Assembly: GCA_964436045.1 (NCBI GenBank)
Contig: CAYTBN010000029.1
Location: 22,714 to 86,713 of the forward strand
Length of the DNA stretch: 64,000 nucleotides
Source: an uncultured Rickettsiales bacterium
Lineage (GTDB): Bacteria > Myxococcota_A > UBA796 > UBA9615 > CAYRNR01
Reading direction: 5' to 3'
The translations under genes were made by a program, and so were the position numbers. Positions 47,570 through 58,163 of the stretch are shown in pieces; positions within the stretch are counted from its first letter, which is position 1; every line of letters starts with the position of its first letter. The notes under the pieces are model-generated. The model had not been told where the DNA came from, searched no databases, and was given only the letters and a program-made list of their open reading frames with translations.

Positions 47570-48667
47570 CTATAACAACGACCAGCAGGCCTGGTGGGTC
47601 GGGTGGTGGTGGAGGTGGCCGGGGGCGCCACAGGCAGCCTGACCGGCATGGTCCACCGGAACGGTACAGGCCTCGGTGGCGGCCGGATCCCGCTGGAACA
47701 CGATGCTGTGGGACCAGTGGCCCCAGACGTTGATGGCGTACTGGCCGCAGTAGTTGCAGCCCTGGTCGTCGGTCTCCCACCAGCCGGTCGTCAGTTCGGT
47801 GGCGACGTCCGACGGCTCGTCCATCACCCACAGCTGGAACACCAGGAACCCGTGGTCGCTGATGGGCCAGTAGTTGTAGCCCACGAACGAGCCGTTGCCA
47901 TCGGTGGTGACGAACTCGGGGATGTCGTCGCCGCCGTTGTAGATGGTGCCGGGGTCGGTGCTGTCGGCGTAGTGGATCGCGATGTCGGTGTTGGGCACGC
48001 CGTTGCCCTGGGCGTCGAGAACCTGGACGTGGACCTCGTTGCCGTAGGTCGGCTGCTCGCCGCAGGTCCACTGGTGGTTGCTGGTGACCCGGTACACTCC
48101 CTGGGTCAGCGGCGGTCCCTGGGGCCGCTCGGTGACCAGCACCTCGCCGGAGATCTCGGGTATCACCCCGTCGATCAACCCCAGCAGACACATTTCACCC
48201 AGCTGCACGTCCGGGATCGCGTAGTAGTAGAAGGTGTCCCCGCCGCCGGCCACGATCGTCGTCGGCTCCAGGACCTCCCCCCACGATCCGTCGGCCTTCA
48301 TCGCCATCGACGGATAGGTGTCCGGGGACTGGCCGGGCGCCTTGACGATCACCGTGAGCGTGTCGCCGGGGTGGGGATCGGCGGGATCGAAGTACATCTC
48401 GCCGTTGAGGACGGGCGAGGTCACGGCCGCCGGCTCGCAGGTGTATGGCGCCACCGTGTCGTCATCGCCTGTGTCGTCGTCGCCCGAGGTCGTATCGTCG
48501 TCGCCCGGGCTCGTGTCGTCGTCATCGTCGGCGGTGTCGTCGTCGTCCGGCCCGGGGTGGGGGGTGTCGACGATCTCCAGGCCGGGGCAGCCGAGGAGTA
48601 GTCCGAAGAGCACGGCCGGGCAAGCCGACCGTGGCACCCAGCTTCCGAGGATCGCCACTGCCATCAT
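47570..48667 (-). CDS. D-rich-linker lipoprotein
   Basis: ATGATG overlapping the glgB stop (TGATG). Lipobox LLLGC. Poly-Asp linker. Palindromic repeat copy 3 lies inside the signal-peptide coding region. Confidence 0.6.
   Translation of the reverse strand: MMAVAILGSWVPRSACPAVLFGLLLGCPGLEIVDTPHPGPDDDDTADDDDDTSPGDDDTTSGDDDTGDDDTVAPYTCEPAAVTSPVLNGEMYFDPADPHPGDTLTVIVKAPGQSPDTYPSMAMKADGSWGEVLEPTTIVAGGGDTFYYYAIPDVQLGEMCLLGLIDGVIPEISGEVLVTERPQGPPLTQGVYRVTSNHQWTCGEQPTYGNEVHVQVLDAQGNGVPNTDIAIHYADSTDPGTIYNGGDDIPEFVTTDGNGSFVGYNYWPISDHGFLVFQLWVMDEPSDVATELTTGWWETDDQGCNYCGQYAINVWGHWSHSIVFQRDPAATEACTVPVDHAGQAACGAPGHLHHHPTHQACWSLL
48611..48639. repeat. palindromic repeat element, copy 3
   Basis: cacggccgggcaagccgaccgtggcaccc. 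Located 27 nt downstream of the glgB stop. Confidence 0.65.
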
Positions 48668-50871
48668 CACACCGGCTTGAGGATCAGTGCCCCGAGGGGG
48701 GGCAGGGTGAGGGTGAGGGAGGCGGGCTGGTCGTCCAGGGGTTCGTCGACCGCCTCCAGGGTTCCGGTCGAGCCGGCGCCGCTGCCGTGGAAGGCAGGCC
48801 CGTCGCTGTTGGCCAGCACCCGGTAGCTTCCGGCGCGTGGGACGCCGAGCTGGTATCCGTCGCGGGGCATGGGGGTGAAGTTGCAGGCCACGACCACGTG
48901 GTCGTCGGGATCGGCGGCCCGGCGGACCCACGCCAGGGTGGAGTTGTCGCTGTCCTCGACCCGCAGCCAGGCGAAGCCGTCCCAGGCGGCGTCCTTCTCG
49001 TACAGTGCGGGTTCGCCGGCGTAGAGCTTGTTCAGCTCGGCCACGAAGTGCCGTAGCTGCCGGTGGGCGGGGTAGTCCAGCAGGTTCCAGTCCACACTCT
49101 GGTGGTCGTTCCACTCGTTCCACTGGCCCAGCTCGCAGCCCATGAACAACAGCTTCTTGCCGGGCATCGTCCACATGAAGGCCAGGTAGAGCCGCAGGTT
49201 GGCGAACCGCTGCCAGTAGTCGCCGGGCATCTTGGTCAGCAGCGACCCCTTCATGTGCACCACCTCGTCGTGGGAGATGGGCAGCACGAAGTGCTCGGTG
49301 AACGCGTACATCAGCCCGAAGGTGATCTCGTCGTGGTGGTAGCGGCGGTGGATCGGGGCGCGACCGATGTAGCTCAGCGTGTCGTGCATCCACCCCATGT
49401 TCCACTTGAAGGTGAAGCCGAGCCCGCCATCGCTGGTGGGGTGGGAGACCTTGGGGAAGGTGGTCGACTCCTCGGCGAACATCATCACGCCGGGGTGCTC
49501 GCCGTGGCACAGTTCGTTGAGCCGCTTCAGGAACGAGATGGCCTCCAGGTTCTCTCGCCCCCCCTGCTCGTTGGGCGCCCACTCCCCCTCCTCGCGGGAG
49601 TAGTCCAGGTAGAGCATCGAGGCGACCGCGTCCACGCGTAGGCCGTCCAGGTGGTAGTGGTCGAGCCAGAACAGGGCCGAGGACAGCAGGAAGTTGCGGA
49701 CCTCGTTGCGAGCGTAGTTGAAGATCAGGGTGCCCCAGTCCTTGTGCTCGCCCTTCTGGGGGTCCGCGTACTCGTACAGCGCTGTTCCGTCGAAGCGGGC
49801 CAGCCCGTGGGCGTCCTTGGGGAAGTGGGCCGGGACCCAGTCCAGGATCACGCCGATGCCGCGCTTGTGCAGGGAGTCGACCAGGGCCTTGAACTCGTCC
49901 GGCGAGCCGAAGCGGCTGGTGGGGGCGAAGTAGCCCATGCACTGGTAGCCCCACGAGCCGTCGTGGGGGTGCTCGGTGATGGGCAGCAGCTCCACGTGGG
50001 TGTAGCCCAGCTCCTCCAGGTAGTCCCCGAGCCGTTCCGCCAGCTCCGGGTAGCTCAGCCAGCGGTTCTCTTCCTCGGGCACGCGCGCCCACGAACCCAG
50101 GTGGACCTCGTAGATCGACACGGGCCGGGTCAGCGGGTCCTGGGCCGCGCGGGAGGCCATCCAGTCGGCGTCCTCCCACTCGTAGGCTTCCAGATCCCAC
50201 ACGATCGACGCCGTGTCCGGCCGCTTCTCCGAGAAGTAGGCGTGGGGATCCGACTTGAGCTGGCTGTCTCCGGCGCGGCTGCGCACCTCGAACTTGTACA
50301 GCTCGCCGTGCCCGACGCCGGGCAGGAACAACTCCCAGATCCCGGTCGCGCCCAGGCTGCGCATCGGGTGGACGCGGCCGTCCCAGCCGTTGAAGTTGCC
50401 CACCACGCTGACCCGGCGGGCGTTGGGGGCCCAGACCGCGAAGTGGGTACCGCGGACCTCGCCGACGGTCCGCACGTGGGCTCCGAGCTTCTCGTGGCTG
50501 CGGAAGTGGTTGCCCTCCCCGAGCAGCTGCAGGTCCAGATCGCCCATCAATGGCTGGAAGGCGTAGGGATCGGGAGTGATCCGGGCGGTGCCGTCGTCGT
50601 GGCGGAGCTCCAGCTCGTAGGGGAACGGCTCCTGGCGGCGCAGGAACACCAGTTCGAAGAACCCGTCCTGGTGGACGCGCTTCATCCGTCGCCGGCTGCC
50701 CGTGTCCCGGCGCAGCACGAAGACCTCGCGGGCCGTCGGCTGGAAGGCCCGCACGACCACCGCTGGCCGGCCGTCGTCGCGATGGGGATGGATCCCCAGC
50801 ACGCCGAAGGGGTCGTGGTGATCGGAGGCGAGGATCCGGCGCAGGTCGCCGCCGCCGACCGTCGGGGTCAT
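48667..50871 (-). CDS. glgB: 1,4-alpha-glucan branching enzyme
   Basis: 734 aa. GH13 catalytic-core motifs are present and the architecture is typical of the full-length GlgB family. Confidence 0.9.
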   Translation of the reverse strand: MTPTVGGGDLRRILASDHHDPFGVLGIHPHRDDGRPAVVVRAFQPTAREVFVLRRDTGSRRRMKRVHQDGFFELVFLRRQEPFPYELELRHDDGTARITPDPYAFQPLMGDLDLQLLGEGNHFRSHEKLGAHVRTVGEVRGTHFAVWAPNARRVSVVGNFNGWDGRVHPMRSLGATGIWELFLPGVGHGELYKFEVRSRAGDSQLKSDPHAYFSEKRPDTASIVWDLEAYEWEDADWMASRAAQDPLTRPVSIYEVHLGSWARVPEEENRWLSYPELAERLGDYLEELGYTHVELLPITEHPHDGSWGYQCMGYFAPTSRFGSPDEFKALVDSLHKRGIGVILDWVPAHFPKDAHGLARFDGTALYEYADPQKGEHKDWGTLIFNYARNEVRNFLLSSALFWLDHYHLDGLRVDAVASMLYLDYSREEGEWAPNEQGGRENLEAISFLKRLNELCHGEHPGVMMFAEESTTFPKVSHPTSDGGLGFTFKWNMGWMHDTLSYIGRAPIHRRYHHDEITFGLMYAFTEHFVLPISHDEVVHMKGSLLTKMPGDYWQRFANLRLYLAFMWTMPGKKLLFMGCELGQWNEWNDHQSVDWNLLDYPAHRQLRHFVAELNKLYAGEPALYEKDAAWDGFAWLRVEDSDNSTLAWVRRAADPDDHVVVACNFTPMPRDGYQLGVPRAGSYRVLANSDGPAFHGSGAGSTGTLEAVDEPLDDQPASLTLTLPPLGALILKPV

Positions 50872-51074
50872 ACAGTGGGCCAGGGGTAGACGGTGAACAG
50901 CTCGGCGTCCTCGCCCGAGTCGGTGGCCACCAGCACCAGGCTGCGGGACAGGCCGTGCCCGCGTTCACGGAAGCAGTGCTGGGTCATGCTCTTGCACTCC
51001 CACCGCTCGTCCTCCGAGTCCAGGGTCAAAGCCTCGCCACAGACCGGGCAGGCTGGGGGCCGCTCGTCGCTCAT
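50868..51074 (-). CDS. small zinc-ribbon protein (68 aa)
   Basis: ATG at 51074 with GGAAGGAG RBS. CPVCGE..C..HC. Stop overlaps the glgB start (ATGA). Confidence 0.5.
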   Translation of the reverse strand: MSDERPPACPVCGEALTLDSEDERWECKSMTQHCFRERGHGLSRSLVLVATDSGEDAELFTVYPWPTV

Positions 51075-51128
51075 CGCGCGCTCCTTCCGACGCGCCGATG
51101 GTACAGCAGCGGCGGGGCAGGCAGCCAA

Positions 51129-51635
51129 TCAGAAGGAGCAGGAAGAGCCGGTGTCGTCGGCGCAGCTGCCCGAGTAGGACGAGTAGAAGGAGCAGCGGAC
51201 CCAGTGGCCGTTGGTGAAGGTGACGGTGTAGGAGCTGAGGCCGTTGGGGCCGGAGCCGCCGTAGCTGTAGTTGACCGTGTAGCTGCTGGTGGCGCAGGAG
51301 TAGGAGAAACCCTCGTCGGAGCAGTCGTAGATGTCGCAGGCCTGCGCGTCGTCGTCGTCGTCGTCGTCATCGTCGTCGTCGTCATCGTCGTCCGAGGGCC
51401 AGCCGTCGTCGTCATCGTCGTCGTCGCTGGCATCGTCGTCGTCGTCCTGCTCCTCGTCGCCGCAGAGTTCGGAGCCGTCGCAATCCGTGTCGTAGCAGTC
51501 CAGCCAGCCGTCGACGTCGTTGTCGACGCCGTCTCCGCAGTCGGACTCGAAGGTGCCGCAGCCGGATACGACCAGGGCCAGCAGTGCGATCGCGGTGAGC
51601 GCCAGGGTCAAGATGGGAACGAAAAAGCGATTCAT
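51129..51635 (-). CDS. lipoprotein with MopE-like Cys/Asp module and about 34-residue poly-Asp tract
   Basis: ATG at 51635 with GGAGG RBS. Lipobox LVVSGC. CGDGVDNDVDGWLDCYDTDCDG. Then DDDDDASDDDDDDDGWPSDDDDDDDDDDDDDDD. Confidence 0.7.
   Translation of the reverse strand: MNRFFVPILTLALTAIALLALVVSGCGTFESDCGDGVDNDVDGWLDCYDTDCDGSELCGDEEQDDDDDASDDDDDDDGWPSDDDDDDDDDDDDDDDAQACDIYDCSDEGFSYSCATSSYTVNYSYGGSGPNGLSSYTVTFTNGHWVRCSFYSSYSGSCADDTGSSCSF
51350..51449. repeat. (GAC/GAT)n trinucleotide tract encoding poly-Asp
   Basis: Direct reading of gtc/atc runs on the plus strand inside CDS 51129..51635. Confidence 0.9.
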
Positions 51636-51740
51636 GATGCCTCCAGGGGTGCGGGTTCCGGGAGGGCCGCCGTTCCAGCGGTGACCATCCACGTGAACAC
51701 GCTATCGCCGGGGCCGGCGATCGCTGGTTTCAGCGCGGTT

Positions 51741-53621
51741 TCAGGGGAGGTCGGTCGGGGTCTCGAGCAGGTAAAGGGTGCCCCCGGCCCCGGCCAGCAG
51801 TCGGTCGCCCATCGGCAGCACGAACCAGGTGTCGCCGGGCAGGGCGCAGCGCGCCAGCTCACGCGGATCCTCGCCGGTCGGGTCGACGATCGCGACGCCG
51901 TCGGGGCCCAGGGCGACTGCGAGCCGGTCGCCCCACGGATGGACGTCCCAGCCGCCGGGGTCGAGGTGGAGCACGGTGTGTTTGCGGGTCGCCGGGTCCA
52001 CACTCTCGATGCCCAGGTGGGGGATGGCGACCCAGATCCGCTCGCCGTCCGAGGCCAGCCCGCCGGGGCGCAGGGGCGCCCCCTCGTTGAACGCGACCTC
52101 GCCCTGCAGCAGGTGCTGCCGGTCCGGCTCGGCGCCGGGCTCGGGAAACACCTTGAGGCGCCCCTGGCCTGCGTAGCTGACGGCCGGCGCGCCGCGGTGG
52201 CTACCCAGGGCAATCGGCATCCACTCCTGGTCCGCCTTCGAGGCTCCTTCGACGGTCCACTGGCCGGTCCCGTCGCGGGCCAGCCACAGGACGTCAGCCG
52301 ATCCGGCCAGAGCCGCCACCCGCCCGCCGGGTAGCGGCGTCAAGGCGCCGATCTTGTCGCTGGTGATCCCCAGGTCGGTGACACGCCGTTCCCCCGGTGG
52401 CGCGTCGAGATCGACAGCGAGCAAGCCGTCGCCACCCAGCAGGAGCTGTCCATCCACCACGACCGCGCCGTTGATCCCCGGCGGCGCCGCGATGCGATCG
52501 GCGACGGTCAACGTGCCGTCGTCGCCGAGCTCCAGCAGCGCAACCGCGCTGGCGGTCTGGTCGTCCGAGACCACCGCGATGGCCCCTTCCCCGTGGGGTT
52601 CCAGGGCGCGCAGGAGACCCCCCGGTCCGTACCAGCCGCTGACGGACCACGGCGTCGTGGCCGTGTCGGCCCACACCACGCCGGCCTTGCCCGCGGCCAG
52701 GACGATCGTGTCGTCCCCCAGGTGCGCCAGGCTCCGCGGCTCGGCCGTCACCCCGGTCCCTGGCAGCTCGAGCTGGTGCTGCACCAGCTCCTCGCTCGAA
52801 CCGTCCCAGAACAGGACGCCTTCGCCGCGGGCCGACAGCAGCACGCCGCCGTCGGTCGGCACCGCGTTCCAGCAGGCGTGGGGGTGGTCGATGTGGCGGG
52901 TGGCCTGGTCCGTGTGACGGATGACCTGGAAATAGGTGCTGATCCAGAGGCCCCCATCGTCCCGGGCGATGGTGGAGACGTAGAGCGGATCCAGGGGCGG
53001 CGGGACCCGCTCCAGGGTTCCGTCGGCCCGGGCGGCGAGGGCTTCCAGGCCGCCGTACTCGACCGGGACCAGGACCCGGTCCGCGGCGATCAGCACCTGC
53101 TGGGGCCAGCCCTCGACGATCTGTTCGGCGGGGGGAGCGTCGGCCGCGTCCGCGAAGTCGAGCGAGAGCACGCGGCCGATCTCATCCGCCATCCAGAGCC
53201 GATCGCCGTCCGGGCTCACGCCGTGGATCAGTCCTCCGACCGGCCAGACCTGGACCTCCCGGGTTGCCGGGTCGTGGGGATTGCGGATCCGAGCGGCGCC
53301 TCCGCGGTTCAGTGCGACCCACAGCCCCTCTTCCGTCAGCTCCATGCGGGCCGGATATCCCGGTAGCAGGATGCGCTCGACCGGGGGGCCGCCGACGGTG
53401 ACATGGCGGTCGATGCCCCCCGGGGTGGCCACGAAGACGCCGTCGGCGTCGGCCACGACGACGCGGGCGGATCCGCCCACGTCCAGCCGCTGCACCACCC
53501 GGAATCCCGGATCGGTCCGCAGGGCGGGGGCGGGCTCGACCCCGGCGGGATCCCGGTAGGGCTGGCGGGCCTCGAGGCATCCGCAGCCCAGCAGGATCAG
53601 GGCCAGCAGGAACCAGATCAC
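51741..53621 (-). CDS. beta-propeller-repeat lipoprotein
   Basis: Lipobox LLGCGC. Repeated G..W/D..G..V..D units. The start overlaps the kinase stop by 4 nt. Confidence 0.7.
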   Translation of the reverse strand: MIWFLLALILLGCGCLEARQPYRDPAGVEPAPALRTDPGFRVVQRLDVGGSARVVVADADGVFVATPGGIDRHVTVGGPPVERILLPGYPARMELTEEGLWVALNRGGAARIRNPHDPATREVQVWPVGGLIHGVSPDGDRLWMADEIGRVLSLDFADAADAPPAEQIVEGWPQQVLIAADRVLVPVEYGGLEALAARADGTLERVPPPLDPLYVSTIARDDGGLWISTYFQVIRHTDQATRHIDHPHACWNAVPTDGGVLLSARGEGVLFWDGSSEELVQHQLELPGTGVTAEPRSLAHLGDDTIVLAAGKAGVVWADTATTPWSVSGWYGPGGLLRALEPHGEGAIAVVSDDQTASAVALLELGDDGTLTVADRIAAPPGINGAVVVDGQLLLGGDGLLAVDLDAPPGERRVTDLGITSDKIGALTPLPGGRVAALAGSADVLWLARDGTGQWTVEGASKADQEWMPIALGSHRGAPAVSYAGQGRLKVFPEPGAEPDRQHLLQGEVAFNEGAPLRPGGLASDGERIWVAIPHLGIESVDPATRKHTVLHLDPGGWDVHPWGDRLAVALGPDGVAIVDPTGEDPRELARCALPGDTWFVLPMGDRLLAGAGGTLYLLETPTDLP

Positions 53622-56600
53622 GGCTGCTCCCCGTCGTCCGATGGCCGGAAGCCCTCGGCGTCAGCGGCCTGCGTTGGCTGCTGCTGCGAGGGCCGTCGGA
53701 GCTCCGCGCCGAGCTGTTGCAGGCCGCGCGAGACGGTCTCCGAGTTGCCCTCTCGCCGCGCGGCGTCCTCCACCAGCGAGACCGCGAAGTCCCCCAGGTC
53801 CTTGGGGCCGTCGGTCCGCGCCCAGCGGAACCACAGCGACAGCACCCGCAGCAGGACCGAGGGCGTCGACGGATCCAGCGCGGCCCCCCAGCTCGGCGCG
53901 ACACCCTTCGAACCGGCGATGCGGATCTCGTCGTCGGAGAGTTCCAGCGTCCCCGCCCACGGCTCCAGCGCCGCGGCCAGGGCCGCCGCTGACGGCTGTC
54001 GGTCGTCCGGGGCCTTGGCCAGCGCCCGCGAGATCACCTCCCACAGCTCGTCGGGCACGTCGTTCCGCGTCTCGGACAGGGGGGGCGGCTCGCGGTACAG
54101 GACCATCGACAGCAGCTGCACCAGGTCCTCGCTGTCGAAGGGGCGGTGGCCCGCCAGCAGCTCGTAGAGCACCACACCGACGGCGTAGACGTCCGAGCGG
54201 GGATCCGGGGACTGGCCGCGCCCCTGTTCGGGGGCCAGGTAGCCCATGGTGCCCAGCACCTGCCGGGTGCTGCGGGTCATGTGCCCCACCTGGCGGGCCG
54301 CGCCGAAGTCCATCACCTTGACCCGGCCCCCGCCCACCAGCATCACGTTCTCGGGCTTGATGTCCCGGTGGACGATGTCGAGGTCGTGGATGGTGTCCAG
54401 AGCCAGAGCTACCTCCCGGGCGATGGCGCAGGCATCGGCCAGGTCCAGCCGGCCGCGCTGTTCCAGGAAGGCCCGCAAGGTCGACCCGGTCAGCAGCTCC
54501 ATGACCAGATAGGCGGTCGGCCGCCGGATACCCTCGTCGACCAGCGTCCACTCGCCGAATCCCAGGACCCGGACGATCCGGGGATCCTCGATGCTGGCGC
54601 TCAGGTCGGCTTCCCGCTGGAAGAGGGCCCGGTCCGCCTCGGTCGCCAGCAGCTCCGGGTTGACCAGCTTCAGTGCGACCGAAGCGCCGCTGGACACGTC
54701 CCGGGCCAGGTAGACCGTGCCCATCCCACCCGCGCCGATCCGGCGCACGATGCGGTAGCCGGCGACCCGCCGCGCCTTTCGATACCGATCCAGCGCGATC
54801 TCGCTCCAGGCGGTGCCCACGGCCAGCGCCGCCCCACAGAGGGCCAGCGTGATGCGCGCCCAGCTCGGTGATTCCAGCAACGCCAGGTACGCCAGCCCGG
54901 TGCCGGACAGCAGCAGCGGCGGGGCGGCCAGGGTGCCCAGCATTCGACGCGAGCCCGCCAGCCGGGCGGCGAACCCGGCGCCCAGCCAGGCGAGGGCGAA
55001 CAGGGCGAACAGCCCGCCATCGAAGACGGGCCGGGCCCAGACCAGCCGCCTGGCGACGGTCCGCCGCCACGAGGGTCCCGTGTCTGCCGCGGGCCCGGCG
55101 AACCGTCCAGGCCGATCGGACAGGTTCTCCAGCAGGACGTCCGGGCCCTTGTGGACCGAGAGCAGGTCCAGATCGCCGTCTCCTCCCAGGTCCAGGGTCA
55201 ACAGCGCCTGGCGATCTCCCTCGCGCCGTGGGATCGCCGCCGATCGTTCGACGAAGCCCCCACCCGGCTGCCCCAGGGCGAGCCTCAGTCCCTGCAACTG
55301 GGCGCCCGCGACCAGGTCGAGGGTGCCGTTGCCGTCCAGGTCCGCGAACACGGACCGGGCACGGCCGGTTCCCGTCCAGTCGGCGAACTGTTCCAGCCCC
55401 CACTCGACGGTGACGTCCTCGAAGCGCAGGTCGGCATCCCCCCGCCAGACCCTGGGGATGCTGTGGTAGTCGATCACGAGCAGATCGGCCAGGTCATCGC
55501 CGTCGATCCGGGTGAGCCAGCCTCGATCCGGGGTCGTGTAGGTGGAGTTCAGACCGCTGCCCCGGGTGAGGTCCTGCAGCCGGAACCCGGGCTGCCCCCG
55601 GAAGACCTGGTGGCCCTCGTCCCACTGGCCCAGCAGGACGAAGTCCGTCAGCGAGTCCCCGTCGACGTCATCGACCAGCGCCTGCTGGATCCAGCCCCGG
55701 CCGTACCCCAGACCGCGCGAAGGCAGGGGAACCGGCGCCAGCCGACCGAAGCCGAGATTCTCGTACAGCGCGACCCGGGGGCCGTCCGGGAGGTTGGCCA
55801 TCCCGCCGCAGACGAGCAGATCCAGATCGCCGTCGCCGTCCACGTCGGCGCAGGTGAACCGGCCCTGGCCCTCGGCGACCGCCGGCGGCACCGGGCCAGG
55901 GAGGGTCCCGGTTGCGTCCTCGAACCAGCCGTCCATGGTCCGCAGGTAGCGGAGGATCACCTTCTGCTCGCCCTGGGCATCGTCGTTCTCGGCGATCTCC
56001 CGCGTCAGCAGGTCGGTGCGGCCGTTGCCGTCCAGGTCGCACAGGGCCATGTGCTCCTGATGGGGGCGCAGCGAGAGGTTCCAGAGATCGGTCTCGTCCA
56101 CGAAGGTGTTGGCGTGCTGGATCAGGAGCCGAACATCGCCGCCGTCGGCGCGGACCAGCAGGTCGTCGCTGCCATCGGCGTCCAGGTCTCCGGCCCAGGC
56201 GCCCGGCCGATCCCCGACCGCGGCCAGACCCCAGTCGGTGGCCACGTCGCGCAACGGCGGCGCGTCGCCCGGGCGGCTCAAGTAGAAGCGCAGCTTCTCG
56301 TCCCGCACGGCCAGGCCGTCGTTGGCCAGACGGGCCACTGAAACCAGGGGGGACGGAGCCGGCACCGCCACCTCGGTGGTCTCGCCGCCGGACATCCAGA
56401 GCAGGTGGCCGTCGGAGATGAACCACCAACCCTCGGCGGTCTCGATCGCGCCGGCCACGGGAAAGTCCACCAGGACCGGCCATCCCTCCTCGTCCAGGCG
56501 TCGTAGCTGAGAGCCGAGCAGCAACGGGCGGCGATCCCGGTCCAGCCGGACGCCGATGTTGCGTTCGTCGTCGCTCGCGAACCAGCGGGCATCGTCCCCT

Positions 56601-57133
56601 TCCAGCCGCAGGATCCAGCCCTGGTTGCTCCACAGCCAGGCGACGTTGTCCCGATCGAAGACGATCCCATCGACGGTGGCGTCCGAGTACTCGGGCAGGG
56701 GCAATCCCTCGACCAGGCTGAAGTGGTCGTCATCCCAGCGGGCGACATAGCCGTGCAGCCCCACGGCCCAGGGATCCCCCGCCCCGTCGAAGGTGAACGC
56801 GGTGACGTACCCCTGGGGCATCGGGATCCGTTCCGACCAGCGGCCGTCGCTGAAGGTCCGCGCGGAGGCCAGCGCGCCCGCATCACCCCACAGGGCCCCG
56901 TCGGGATCGAAGGTCAGGTGGCCGGGGCTGCCTCCGGTGGGCAGCGGTGGCGCCAGCAGCTGCCAGTGGTCCGCCGTCAGCTCGTGGATCGCGCCGTCGC
57001 CGTCCTCGCCCAGCAGGCGGTCGCCGACCACACGTATGGTGGCGGGGTTGATGGGACCCGCGGCCGGTTCCCCCCAGTGGATCTCCGGGGGTGAGGCCTG
57101 GATCGTCAGCAGGATCGCCAGCAGTTGCGGCAC
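53618..57133 (-). CDS. Hanks-type Ser/Thr protein kinase with N-terminal extracytoplasmic FG-GAP/VCBS-like repeat region
   Basis: C-terminal kinase motifs GAGGMGTVY..ALK, HRDIKPENVML, DFG and GTMGYLAPE. A central cluster of TM helices. The N-terminal 700 aa carry repeated DxDGDGxxDLL units and a signal-like N-terminus. Confidence 0.85.
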   Translation of the reverse strand: MPQLLAILLTIQASPPEIHWGEPAAGPINPATIRVVGDRLLGEDGDGAIHELTADHWQLLAPPLPTGGSPGHLTFDPDGALWGDAGALASARTFSDGRWSERIPMPQGYVTAFTFDGAGDPWAVGLHGYVARWDDDHFSLVEGLPLPEYSDATVDGIVFDRDNVAWLWSNQGWILRLEGDDARWFASDDERNIGVRLDRDRRPLLLGSQLRRLDEEGWPVLVDFPVAGAIETAEGWWFISDGHLLWMSGGETTEVAVPAPSPLVSVARLANDGLAVRDEKLRFYLSRPGDAPPLRDVATDWGLAAVGDRPGAWAGDLDADGSDDLLVRADGGDVRLLIQHANTFVDETDLWNLSLRPHQEHMALCDLDGNGRTDLLTREIAENDDAQGEQKVILRYLRTMDGWFEDATGTLPGPVPPAVAEGQGRFTCADVDGDGDLDLLVCGGMANLPDGPRVALYENLGFGRLAPVPLPSRGLGYGRGWIQQALVDDVDGDSLTDFVLLGQWDEGHQVFRGQPGFRLQDLTRGSGLNSTYTTPDRGWLTRIDGDDLADLLVIDYHSIPRVWRGDADLRFEDVTVEWGLEQFADWTGTGRARSVFADLDGNGTLDLVAGAQLQGLRLALGQPGGGFVERSAAIPRREGDRQALLTLDLGGDGDLDLLSVHKGPDVLLENLSDRPGRFAGPAADTGPSWRRTVARRLVWARPVFDGGLFALFALAWLGAGFAARLAGSRRMLGTLAAPPLLLSGTGLAYLALLESPSWARITLALCGAALAVGTAWSEIALDRYRKARRVAGYRIVRRIGAGGMGTVYLARDVSSGASVALKLVNPELLATEADRALFQREADLSASIEDPRIVRVLGFGEWTLVDEGIRRPTAYLVMELLTGSTLRAFLEQRGRLDLADACAIAREVALALDTIHDLDIVHRDIKPENVMLVGGGRVKVMDFGAARQVGHMTRSTRQVLGTMGYLAPEQGRGQSPDPRSDVYAVGVVLYELLAGHRPFDSEDLVQLLSMVLYREPPPLSETRNDVPDELWEVISRALAKAPDDRQPSAAALAAALEPWAGTLELSDDEIRIAGSKGVAPSWGAALDPSTPSVLLRVLSLWFRWARTDGPKDLGDFAVSLVEDAARREGNSETVSRGLQQLGAELRRPSQQQPTQAADAEGFRPSDDGEQP

Positions 57134-57170
57134 GGTGCCCCTCGTCCGCCGCGGATCTTAGCGTGAACCG

Positions 57171-58163
57171 TCAGGAGACGAAGGTGACGGCCGCGCCCGG
57201 TCGCCGTCGGAAGCGGGTCGCTCCTCCCTTGGGCACCCGTTCCAGCAGGCGCTTTCCGTTGAGGCCGCCGTCGACCAGCGCCTTTCGTACCCGGTGGACC
57301 AGCAGGTTCAGGTCCCGCTTGTCCTTCTCGGGTTGCCCCGGCCAGACCTGGGAGATGAGCCACTCGTCGTCCAGGTAGTCCGTCTCCGTGTGCCCCGCTC
57401 GCCGGGTGAGCAGGGCAGCCACCAGGTCCGCCCGCAGCTCCGAGAGCCAGACCGTCACCTGGCCGGTCGGCATGCCCAGGTGCAGGCGCCCACCGCGGGG
57501 GAAGAACTGGAATTCCAGCCGGGACGGCAACGCGTCGGCGTCCTGCGCCACCGTGGTGGCTTGCGATCCGCCACCGATGGAGATCGCCGTCAGCTGCTCG
57601 CCGGCCAGCGAGAGCACGTCGCCGTGGATCAAGGGCTCGTACTCGCCCACCTCGATGGGTTCGCCGTTGCGCTCGACGGGGCACGCGGCCTCGACCAGCA
57701 GCTCGCCCTGGACCAGGCTCAGCTTGACCGCGGCCGGTGGCCAGGCCGGGATCGACAGGTCGTCCTCGGCGCTGCCGCCGATGGAGAACGGCGACTGGGC
57801 CACCCCGTACACCTGGCCGGCGCCGTCGTCCAGCAGCCACGCCGGAGGCAGCTCGCGGGCGGTTCCTCGCTCGATCACGACCGTCAGTTTTCGGCCCGGG
57901 ATCGAGACCCGATCCCCATCCGCCAGGCGGATCACGCCGTCGACCGGGGTGTCGTTGTGGCAGGTCGGGTTGAGTCCGGTGTGCATCAACTCGAGGCCGC
58001 CGCTGGTGGGTGCCACCAGCGCATGACGGCGGCTCGCCCCGGGATCGCGCGAGATGATCTCGCAGCGTTCCTCGCGGCCGAGGACCACGCCGCCGAAGCC
58101 GACGCGCACCCGGCGGCCGGCCTCGTCCGTGAGCCAGTATCGAATGGTCGTCCCCGTACTCAT
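57171..58163 (-). CDS. FHA-domain protein
   Basis: ATG at 58163 (alternative ATG at 58175). RVGFGGVVLGREERCEIISRDPGASRRHALV is an FHA core. Immediately upstream of the kinase gene. Confidence 0.7.
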   Translation of the reverse strand: MSTGTTIRYWLTDEAGRRVRVGFGGVVLGREERCEIISRDPGASRRHALVAPTSGGLELMHTGLNPTCHNDTPVDGVIRLADGDRVSIPGRKLTVVIERGTARELPPAWLLDDGAGQVYGVAQSPFSIGGSAEDDLSIPAWPPAAVKLSLVQGELLVEAACPVERNGEPIEVGEYEPLIHGDVLSLAGEQLTAISIGGGSQATTVAQDADALPSRLEFQFFPRGGRLHLGMPTGQVTVWLSELRADLVAALLTRRAGHTETDYLDDEWLISQVWPGQPEKDKRDLNLLVHRVRKALVDGGLNGKRLLERVPKGGATRFRRRPGAAVTFVS

